64,000 nt of DNA from an uncultured Chlamydiales bacterium (GTDB lineage Bacteria > Chlamydiota > Chlamydiia > Chlamydiales > Rhabdochlamydiaceae). Both the position numbers and the translations under genes were made by a program. The DNA is taken from assembly GCA_963700985.1 (NCBI GenBank), contig OY969554.1:1088001-1152000 (forward strand), in the 5' to 3' direction. A model generated the notes under the pieces. That model was not told where the DNA came from and did no database searches. It worked only from the letters and a program-made list of their open reading frames with translations. Shown here one piece after another: positions 57,001 to 64,000 of this stretch; the stretch's first letter is position 1, and each line of letters begins with the position of its first letter.

Positions 57001-59244
57001 ACTAACCAACTCGGTCAAAAAGTGTTGCAAACTTCGACAACTGACCCAAGAGGCGTCACTACTGTTGAAACTCAAGATGCCTATGGCAGGGTAGTCAAAA
57101 AAGAGGTCTTAAATTCTCAAAAAGCGCCAATCTCAAGTGCAGAAACTTACCATGATGCAAATGGTAATCTTACCCTACAAAAGGATCATTTATTCGAAAA
57201 TGAGCATTACCTGAAGACACAGTGCACAAAATATACTTACACAAACCGCAATCAGATAGCCTCCTTAATACGCGCTTTGGGAACTCCAAATGCCAGAAGC
57301 ACCACCTTCACCTATACGCCTTCAGGCAAGAGAGAGAGTAAAACTCTGCCCGATGGCATCAGCCTAACTTATGGCTATCACCCCTTAGGTTATCTTCAGA
57401 ATTTACAATCATCCGATGGGAAAATTCAGTTCACCTTCCTGCGCAACCGGTTGGGGCAACTCCTCTGCGCAACTGATGAAGTGCAAAAGAGCTCTATCCA
57501 TAGAGAACTCGATCCCTGTGGCAACATCATCAGAGAAGAGTTTCCAAGTGGCCTTACCCTAGAAAAAACTTATGATGCTTTTGATCGACCTCTGACTTTG
57601 ACACTCCCAGACAAAGGAGAAGTGATCTACACCTATGACCCATTATTTTTACGAAGTGTTACACGCACCTCTGCAGGTGACACTCTTTACACGCATAGTT
57701 ACGACCTATATGATCAAGACGGCAATCTTGTTGTTGAAAGCTTGATTGGCAATCTCGGTCGCGTGATGCACAGCACAGATTCCAAAGGTCAAAAGCTATC
57801 TATCAATTGCTCATACTTCTCGCAACAGAACCGCTTTGACCCTTGCGGAAATCTCGTGAGCAGTACTGTAGATGCAACTCCTCAAACCTACATCTATGAT
57901 GATTTATCACAGTTAACCTCGGAAAAAAGCAGCCCAAGTAGCTTCATTTACGCCTATGATTCTTTATACAATCGAACAAAGAAGAATGACCAAATCTGCG
58001 AAACCAATGAGCTGAATGAACTACTCAGCTCAGGAGACATCCGTTGCTCTTACGATCGCAATGGCAATCAGACCCAGCAACAGAGCTTTTCTAAGACTTA
58101 TAATTTTACCTACGACCCCTTGAACCGACTCATCAGAGCTGAAAATTCTGAAGTCACCATAGAGTTCGCCTATGATCCATTAGACAGACGCCTGAGCAAA
58201 ACCGTGCATTCTTCCTCATTCTGGGGAAAATATGTCGACGTAGAGCACTATCTCTACGATGGACAAAACGAGATTGGAGCTTTCACTAGCCCAACTTCTG
58301 TCAAAAACCTGCGCGTTCTAGGACTTACAAAGCCACATACCCTCCCCTCAACGATTGCCATCGAATTAGGAGGTCAGGCTTTTGCACCCATACTTGATTA
58401 CCAAGGCAGCGTGCGGCAACTCATCGATCTCTATTACAAATCGTGTACTGCGAGCTACAACTTCACTGCCTTCGGTGAAGAACTCAATCCAAAATATGAG
58501 AGATATTTCAACCCATGGCGCTTTGTCTCAAAACGCTTCGACCCCGAACTCAATCTTATCTACTTTGGTAAACGCTACTACGATCCAGCTCTGGCTCGCT
58601 GGCTAACAACAGACCCAGCTGGCTTCGTCGATAGCATCAACCTTTACCAATATGTGCTGAATAATCCATTCCGTTATTGCGACCCTGACGGACAGTTTCT
58701 ACAGCTTGCAGTTCCTCTTGTTATATGGGGAGCTGAAGCTATTTTTCCTGCACTTGCCACTTACGTTGCGCCTCTGATTTATGGAGCCGTAACAGGAACT
58801 ATTGCATATGGTGGCTACAAGGTTGTTCACGCATTAAATCAAGCTGGACAAAATACTTCCTTCAATCCGATGGAGAAAGCTTATATTAATAGATACATCA
58901 GTCAGCAAGAAAAAGCGGCAAAAATGCAAAGGAAAAAGAAGGGAGAAGTGGATGCGAAACTATCCGATGACCCTCTTAATGATCCAAATCTAGAAGATGT
59001 AAGTCATCCACAAGCCAAAGAAAAAGGACATCATAAATTTAAAGACAAGCGTACTGGTCAGATAATTGAATATGATAAAGCAAAACCGGGCTCACCTGGC
59101 CATAAAGGACATGATCATTACCATCGACCTAATCCAAATACAACAGGAGAAAATGATACCTACCTCGATTCAAAAGGAAATCCCGTTCCTGATGGTAGTG
59201 AATCTTCACATCTTTATCCGCCCGAATGGATTTGGTGGAAATAA
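54085..59244 (+). CDS. Rhs polymorphic toxin 3 (close paralogue of Rhs 1, different C-terminus)
   Basis: MMRYLLSLICCLLTVGAFS leader, core ending NNPFRYCDPDG, and a C-terminal domain with YDKAKPG...HDHYHRPNP...YLDSKGNPV...SSHLYP. Confidence 0.93.
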   Translation: MMRYLLSLICCLLTVGAFSEEEDQDAFIISTPDQVAALSSEPNYLIGGLISPLSGQPVLRQTDLVVKGAQNLSLSRTYIPPYMPVAFEKHKHNKKEWDKYHLHQHIRDNYKGWQFLPHLKLRLISRSMEVHLTDPNGMTLAFHLSGPNYSTATLASPSYAITNTVGELPSGKYDPRNTRISYEDNGNKLVVHAPDGASRFYYRKGAASKRLYILEKEILPNGKVLKYTYDEKLKLISVESLDPKERYVYASIRIQEPHGSFHFLSSTGTTVDYSYQRRPIHVRIKEKAKGRETIQESNYTCRPILTSVSSPFYRYESLNYGDRFLLDSYFGKNEVFKCEHASFGEGVPHFKVHKLLLPVGQNDSFYPVHEMVYQPPVAGEKAGTTTVKNSDGTSITYHFSKNLLTTAIQYFGQDGKLKKEKIFSWSEKNWLKSIEMRDDQNNSLYKRSYEFDGFGNPISEIFVGDLTGNGAQESYTITREFSQDGRNLLLKEAHESGKVICFAYLPNSNLVTSKITKDGDRILLREFSKYDDCHNLVQNILDDGESSDESILAGVTERTITNYTLRQQAPFLHMPEWIEEKYWEGGSEKLLKKIHLIYDQHGNIAQEEVHDADGILAYIIYKQYNERGDLVTETNRLGQQATYTYDPRGRLESSLNFSQKLLKTFHHDMKGRFREKIEKGDGEIAHAFSYAYDAHDRLIQKTEPFSDTTHYTYDPLVSQITRTDSPSVTSADGQAIPVTTFATYDPFGREVTKVDANGHTTTYRYNAYGSPTEITYPDSSKEYFRYTKKGKLASHIDPDGLTIQYQNDLLDRVLSKTYISADGKTLAEEVFTYNGFNLLTETDREGNLTQYTYDGTGRKIREEFCGKITSFSYDSLGQLSILCKYNGDNTLQVHYKRDVEGRVIEESQTDISNQLLTRISYTFDEDGNRNTIVRYINGKEAINAFTYDAFHRLIEEQDALGYESKTVYQEAYTNQLGQKVLQTSTTDPRGVTTVETQDAYGRVVKKEVLNSQKAPISSAETYHDANGNLTLQKDHLFENEHYLKTQCTKYTYTNRNQIASLIRALGTPNARSTTFTYTPSGKRESKTLPDGISLTYGYHPLGYLQNLQSSDGKIQFTFLRNRLGQLLCATDEVQKSSIHRELDPCGNIIREEFPSGLTLEKTYDAFDRPLTLTLPDKGEVIYTYDPLFLRSVTRTSAGDTLYTHSYDLYDQDGNLVVESLIGNLGRVMHSTDSKGQKLSINCSYFSQQNRFDPCGNLVSSTVDATPQTYIYDDLSQLTSEKSSPSSFIYAYDSLYNRTKKNDQICETNELNELLSSGDIRCSYDRNGNQTQQQSFSKTYNFTYDPLNRLIRAENSEVTIEFAYDPLDRRLSKTVHSSSFWGKYVDVEHYLYDGQNEIGAFTSPTSVKNLRVLGLTKPHTLPSTIAIELGGQAFAPILDYQGSVRQLIDLYYKSCTASYNFTAFGEELNPKYERYFNPWRFVSKRFDPELNLIYFGKRYYDPALARWLTTDPAGFVDSINLYQYVLNNPFRYCDPDGQFLQLAVPLVIWGAEAIFPALATYVAPLIYGAVTGTIAYGGYKVVHALNQAGQNTSFNPMEKAYINRYISQQEKAAKMQRKKKGEVDAKLSDDPLNDPNLEDVSHPQAKEKGHHKFKDKRTGQIIEYDKAKPGSPGHKGHDHYHRPNPNTTGENDTYLDSKGNPVPDGSESSHLYPPEWIWWK

Positions 59245-59268
59245 CCATTTACTAGAGTACAATTATTT

Positions 59269-59676
59269 ATGAATATCTCCAAATATGCGGCCTTTTTTCA
59301 TGATGGATCCGTTTTTGATATTAAACATACAGGAAGCAAAATTGAACTTTCAATGCGAAGTGCAGAGATGGACGAAGAAGATGTCAAAGATGATATTGTC
59401 CTCTCAAAAGATGATCGCATTCAAGGAAAATTACATATTGAGGGGATCAAAAGCATAGAAATCAACAGCAAGCTTTTTTTAAACGTGCTACAAAAAGAGT
59501 ATGATAATGGAAGGATTTTTGATTTCGAAATCGCGGAAAATTCCATTGAATTATCAATAGACTGGGTAAATTTCCCTCCTCATTCAGAAGTTAATGATTT
59601 TTCAGTTATTAGGATTGAAGCTAGCAACATTTACTGGGAGAATATTCCAAATCTAGTAGATCCAAAAAACGCCTAA
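59269..59676 (+). CDS. Putative immunity protein of Rhs 3
   Basis: 24 nt after the Rhs stop. Small, acidic, beta-rich, with an FHDG motif. Confidence 0.75.
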   Translation: MNISKYAAFFHDGSVFDIKHTGSKIELSMRSAEMDEEDVKDDIVLSKDDRIQGKLHIEGIKSIEINSKLFLNVLQKEYDNGRIFDFEIAENSIELSIDWVNFPPHSEVNDFSVIRIEASNIYWENIPNLVDPKNA

Positions 59677-59777
59677 TAAGCTTATCGATAAAAGATCTTC
59701 AGTTGCTTTATAGGCCTGCGACAAAATTCAAAGAAATCAATTTTTGGAATCTGACTTTGAAAATAAGATCTCAAAAA

Positions 59778-60593
59778 TTAGAACCGATAACCCAGTAACA
59801 GACGTCCGCCGAAAATATTCAAGTTTTCCTTAGCGTTAAACTTGAGATAGTAGGGTTCTAGTTGAAGATCCCATTGTTTGGTATCACCTAGATGCCAAGT
59901 TAACGGCAGATCAATTTCGTATCCCCAGCTATTTTTAAGAGATCCTGTTCTGTACAAGATAGGGCTTTCAAATTTAATTCTCCCGCTGAAGCTGCGCATT
60001 CCTTTTAAGATGAGTCCGAGATCAATTGATGGGCAAATATCGAAGACCGTACGCATTCCAAGTGCATAGTAACCCCAAGATGAAGTCAAACGCGTGCTGT
60101 TTCGAAAATACATCTCTTCAATGGTCCAACTTGAAGTAGAACGGGAATAATAACCTCCGAGTCCTAAAAATGGAGTCATCAAGAACCGTGATCCTGCCCG
60201 AAAGTTGTATCCTAAACGGGCCTCAGCATGAGCGAATCTAGTTCTGGCCTTATATTCCCAAGAGTAATTGCCAAGAGAATAGTATGGATTAAAGTTATAA
60301 TGCTCTATGTAGCCGCGTTCTTTTCCAAGAGCGTAGAGACCGTCGATACCGGCATAAATCGCTTTTGGTTTGAAGTAATCGTATCCCGCTTTCACACCTC
60401 CTAAAAATCCATGCGATTTTACTTTGGTTTGCGCTTTATGGTTATGATCGCGCATGTAAAAAAGATCTGGTCCAATGTAAACTCTATGGGGATTCTGAGG
60501 ATTTTCTGAAAAATTTTCCGCTTTGTCTGCGAAAGCCATTGAATAGAATATATTGCTTGTCACGCTAAGAATCGCAATCATTGTCATTCGCAT
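59778..60593 (-). CDS. Outer-membrane beta-barrel protein
   Basis: Signal peptide, alternating aromatic/Gly beta-strands and a C-terminal LGYRF BamA-type signal. Confidence 0.8.
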   Translation of the reverse strand: MRMTMIAILSVTSNIFYSMAFADKAENFSENPQNPHRVYIGPDLFYMRDHNHKAQTKVKSHGFLGGVKAGYDYFKPKAIYAGIDGLYALGKERGYIEHYNFNPYYSLGNYSWEYKARTRFAHAEARLGYNFRAGSRFLMTPFLGLGGYYSRSTSSWTIEEMYFRNSTRLTSSWGYYALGMRTVFDICPSIDLGLILKGMRSFSGRIKFESPILYRTGSLKNSWGYEIDLPLTWHLGDTKQWDLQLEPYYLKFNAKENLNIFGGRLLLGYRF

Positions 60594-60854
60594 ATTCACT
60601 CCAGCAGAAATCAGTTTAGTGGCAGAATCGTATCTCTAAATTAACGATTAAAAAAACTAAATTAAAGTATACTAATCGCATTAAAGATTTTAATAAGTCA
60701 TTTTCTAGATTCGGCAAATTCATATTATGATCTTTGAAATGCCTTCAGTAATTGACTTATCACTCTGGGTGAGATTTTCTTTACGGGATCCTTGTTAGGA
60801 CTTAAACTACTTGCTGTTGTTGAAGAACAGAATGGCAAGAAAGGAAAAGGATTA

Positions 60855-61331
60855 ATGGCGGCGGCTCCTATCGGTTTTAAAAGAGCGCAAGGACAAGGGT
60901 TCGAGTGTTATATTTGCTATCAAGATGATGGTTCGAATTTTGTGGCACACGAAGATGAGGGAAGTGAAGATGGAGGCATGATACATCATGTTCACGAGAC
61001 GTGCCTCCGGGTTTGGCAGCAAAAAAGCAAAAACATTGAATGTCCTACATGTCGAAAACCTCCTCATAGAAGCTTCCTAGTTCCCCTTTCGACAGATATT
61101 TCCGAATCGATTAAAACTGGTGTTTTCATTGGAATCGCACTAACTGCGTTTGGATCGACATTGGGGAAAATTTTACTCGTAGCCACAAGATCATCTTTAT
61201 TTTGCTCTCCTCGAACTCCGTGCTTCTTACAATACACGCTGGTTGCGGGAGGGGCTTTTACGTTGCTTCTTACTGCTGGTATTTTGGTGAAAACTCGCTG
61301 GTGCCCAAGAGAACATGAGCATGATCTCTAA
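60855..61331 (+). CDS. RING-variant plus two TM helices (paralogue of 18044..18562)
   Basis: CYIC...FVAH...HHVHETCLRVW...CPTC followed by two hydrophobic segments. Confidence 0.75.
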   Translation: MAAAPIGFKRAQGQGFECYICYQDDGSNFVAHEDEGSEDGGMIHHVHETCLRVWQQKSKNIECPTCRKPPHRSFLVPLSTDISESIKTGVFIGIALTAFGSTLGKILLVATRSSLFCSPRTPCFLQYTLVAGGAFTLLLTAGILVKTRWCPREHEHDL

Positions 61332-61343
61332 ATTGGAGGAATT

Positions 61344-62504
61344 TTGAACTTTAGATTCTTGAATATTCCGGTGTTCATTCATCCTTCGTTCTGGCTCTTT
61401 TTGCTATTTTTTACGGGCATCATTCGGGGAGTTTCCATCGAAGGCCTCATTTTGGGAGGGGTTTTATTCCTGAGCTTATTGGTGCATGAGTATGGCCATG
61501 CTTTAACGGCTCTGTATTTTGGAGCGAGGCCTATAATTACCCTGGAAGCATTTGGCGGCCAAGCGCAATACGATAGTTATAGAATTACGCCCAAGCAGCG
61601 CTTCATCATTACCTTAAACGGGCCACTTTTAGAAAGCGTGTTGATTGGCCTTTCTTATGCACTTCTCGAGATGGACATTTTCGAAAATTATTATGTGCGC
61701 TACTTCCTATCTGTGACGCTGCGACTGAACATCTTGTGGTGCTTGCTCAATCTAATTCCCGTTGTGCCGCTTGATGGCGGGCACATTCTTCGTTATCTGT
61801 TGGAGAAGAAATTTGGAGAAAGTGGTCAGAAACTCAGCTCGATAATTGGAGTTATGTGCGCAGTTGGCGGGGCACCTATTCTCTTTTACTTGGGGTATTT
61901 CTTTTTTGGCATATTGCTATTGATCTTTGCTTATCAGAACTTCCAGATGATTCAAAAACCTAAAAGCTTGCCTAACGGTAAGAATCAATATAGCCGCTAT
62001 CTCAAAGGGGTTGAGGCGATTAAAAATAATGATCTTGAAAACGCCAAGCTTCTGCTTACCAAACTCTTAAAATCTAAGCAAAAAGAGATCAAACACGCAG
62101 CGATAGAATCTCTGGCTAAAGTCTACATTCAAGAAAACGAGAGTCAAAAATCTTACGAACTACTTTTACAGGCGGATCATGAACTTCTCAAAGAAGGCAA
62201 GTGCCTGCTCTGCCAATTAGCCTTCGAACAGAAAAACTATGCGCTTGTGGGTAATTATGCCTGGGATATCTACGGTCTCAATCCCTCCTATGAAATCGCG
62301 CTGCTCAACTCGAAAGCCTTTGCCTGTTTGAATCAGCCGTCAGAATCGGGAGCTTGGCTTGAAACTGCTTCTCTGTTTGGAACTGACTCCAAAAAGAGCA
62401 TCGAAGAGCTATTGCAACAGCAGATTTATGCGTCGGTTAAAGAGCATAAAGCCTTTCAAGAGTACTCCGAAAAAATCGTCGCGAATCTCAACAAATCAGA
62501 ATAA
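61344..62504 (+). CDS. Site-2 protease (M50 family) with C-terminal TPR-like region
   Basis: HEYGH, LNGPL and NLIPVVPLDGG. TTG start after GGAGG. Confidence 0.9.
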   Translation: MNFRFLNIPVFIHPSFWLFLLFFTGIIRGVSIEGLILGGVLFLSLLVHEYGHALTALYFGARPIITLEAFGGQAQYDSYRITPKQRFIITLNGPLLESVLIGLSYALLEMDIFENYYVRYFLSVTLRLNILWCLLNLIPVVPLDGGHILRYLLEKKFGESGQKLSSIIGVMCAVGGAPILFYLGYFFFGILLLIFAYQNFQMIQKPKSLPNGKNQYSRYLKGVEAIKNNDLENAKLLLTKLLKSKQKEIKHAAIESLAKVYIQENESQKSYELLLQADHELLKEGKCLLCQLAFEQKNYALVGNYAWDIYGLNPSYEIALLNSKAFACLNQPSESGAWLETASLFGTDSKKSIEELLQQQIYASVKEHKAFQEYSEKIVANLNKSE

Positions 62505-62581
62505 GCGCAACGTTGGTGCTCTTGATCGATTAATATTTTTACTTTATCTTCTTCGCCAGAAGTTTTCTCAAAGGAGATTTT

Positions 62582-62980
62582 ATGGCGGCTGTCACAAAAA
62601 CAAATCCTTTATCGGCGCTTGGTGGTATCGACTTTCCGAAGGCTCTGGTCAATGTCAAACAAGTTCAAGGAGACGTGAGTGGCACTGCGAATAAAGGCAA
62701 TGCCTACTTCAACAACTCCACCATCAACGTACAAATTTTCGTGCTAGACCCCAACAGTGAAGATGCAAAAAAATGGCTGGCCTTGTCCGCAGTTGCTGCG
62801 CTTGCAATCAAAGCCGCGCCCCCAGAAAAGAAGAAAACACTTATCGGCTTTTTGTCAGTCGCCGCAGGTTTAATTGGAATTTTAGGTGTGTCGAAATTCA
62901 TCTGGGAACTTCACAAACAAAACAGCGAAAATAAACAGAAAATCCAAAAATTAGAAGCAGCGTTATTAAACAAAGCTTAA
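62582..62980 (+). CDS. Hypothetical Inc-like small membrane protein
   Basis: GGAG RBS. Two adjacent hydrophobic helices followed by a short coiled coil. Confidence 0.6.
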   Translation: MAAVTKTNPLSALGGIDFPKALVNVKQVQGDVSGTANKGNAYFNNSTINVQIFVLDPNSEDAKKWLALSAVAALAIKAAPPEKKKTLIGFLSVAAGLIGILGVSKFIWELHKQNSENKQKIQKLEAALLNKA

Positions 62981-62998
62981 CCAAATAGGAGAAGAATT

Positions 62999-63331
62999 AT
63001 GGCAACCACTACTACTAAGATTACAAATGTAATAGGACCTGTTACTTTGGGTCCATATACCGAAAATAGTTTAGTCGACCAGAGTACACGCATATCAGTC
63101 TCATTCAAGGGTCATCCGGCAGCAGCCGCGCTTCTTCCCGTAGCCGTGGGAAGCCTGGGATTTCTTGCACCTGGCATTTTAGCTAAAGTCAATGGGGCTA
63201 TTCAATTTAGAGAAGATCAGAGCTATCTTTCTCGCCTGAAAACTCTGGGTGCTTATTCCTGGGAACATAAAGCGGAAAGTCTTGCAGCTGGAGTCAGCTT
63301 TGCAGTTGTTGCAGCCCTGCTCCTTAGATAA
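62999..63331 (+). CDS. Hypothetical small membrane protein
   Basis: AGGAG RBS, T-rich N-terminus and two hydrophobic segments. Confidence 0.6.
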   Translation: MATTTTKITNVIGPVTLGPYTENSLVDQSTRISVSFKGHPAAAALLPVAVGSLGFLAPGILAKVNGAIQFREDQSYLSRLKTLGAYSWEHKAESLAAGVSFAVVAALLLR

Positions 63332-63403
63332 GGACTATCTGAAAAAATTACTTTACGCATTGAGAGATAAAGTGCTAGTTTCAGAGAAAATAGGTCTGTG
63401 AAT

Positions 63404-64000
63404 ATGGCTAAGGCAAAAAGCAAAGAAACTAAAAAACTCGACCAGCTCTATACATATTGTAAGAAAGCAGCTGGTGAAATGGCGGGCTATCCCGTTCGCC
63501 ACTTTTTTGATTATTCCAAGTTACATCGCTTTCTAAAGTTCCACATCAACAACCTGGGAGATCCATTCCAAAAGCGGGGCTATTTCCGGGTTAATACTCT
63601 CGACATTGAAAAAGAAGTAATCGATCGGGTGGCTGAATTGTTTAATGCTCCCAAGGATAGTTATTGGGGATATGTAACAAGTGGCGGAACGGATGGGAAT
63701 ATGTACGGACTTTATGCAGGACGCGAACTATTTCCTGAAGGGGTCGTCTTCTATTCTGATCAGACACATTACAGCATTCCTAAATGCTTAAGAATCCTAC
63801 GCATGCAATCGATTGTAGTCAAAGCCCAGCCGAATGGCGAAATAGATTATGGAAACTTGCAGTGCTGCTTAATGGCCGAGAGAAAAGGTTTGGATAGACC
63901 ACCCATTATCATGGCCAACATTGGCACGACAATGAAGGGCGCTGTCGATGACATCGTGCGCATTAAAGAGATCATGGCCGACTTAAAAATTAAGAAATTT
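63404..64000 (+). CDS. hdc: PLP-dependent group II decarboxylase, histidine decarboxylase-like (3' partial)
   Basis: Not in the ORF track because it runs off the edge. MAGYP, INNLGDPF, YWGYVTSGGTDGNMYG, THYS, NIGTTMKGAVDD. Confidence 0.8.
   Translation, partial: MAKAKSKETKKLDQLYTYCKKAAGEMAGYPVRHFFDYSKLHRFLKFHINNLGDPFQKRGYFRVNTLDIEKEVIDRVAELFNAPKDSYWGYVTSGGTDGNMYGLYAGRELFPEGVVFYSDQTHYSIPKCLRILRMQSIVVKAQPNGEIDYGNLQCCLMAERKGLDRPPIIMANIGTTMKGAVDDIVRIKEIMADLKIKKF

Noticed and set aside
37473-59244. Diversity-generating retroelement acting on Rhs or LRR genes
   Set aside because: No reverse transcriptase, and differences between repeat copies are not adenine-specific.
210-62901. Many 60-130 aa ORFs antisense or out of frame within longer genes
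   Set aside because: They overlap well-supported CDSs and lack RBS or motifs.
1-64000. CRISPR array, IS/transposase, integrase, prophage or rRNA
   Set aside because: No regularly spaced repeat-spacer array and no DDE, tyrosine/serine recombinase or phage structural motifs were seen by eye.

Overview
This looks like a chromosomal window from an environmental (non-Chlamydiaceae) chlamydia; that is an inference from the short chlamydial-type ParE/ParC pair and the many F-box, LRR, RING, SEL1 and Inc-like effector genes. About 1-16.5 kb is mostly core: two Maf/DUF115 genes around a MORN-repeat gene, a stand-alone HsdR_N nuclease, hpf, rlmN, tRNA-Arg(UCG), recO, tRNA-Leu(GAG), an RMD1-family gene and parE-parC. 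It also holds a toxin-less half-length Rhs gene. About 16.6-64 kb is accessory: host-mimic effectors, two NCS1 permeases, and three full-length (~1700 aa) Rhs polymorphic toxins, each with a different C-terminal domain and an adjacent immunity-like gene. All four Rhs proteins begin with a Sec-type signal peptide instead of PAAR/VgrG. Best candidate for an undescribed system: a Sec-exported Rhs toxin arsenal whose downstream cargo appears to be exchanged at gene 3' ends. Supporting signs are displaced 3'-end remnants (a methyltransferase tail, an LKKFTS* tail, a toxin tail on an orphan immunity gene) and strong C-ending codon bias just before several junctions. I saw no CRISPR array, transposase or rRNA. 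Family names come from motif recognition, not database searches.
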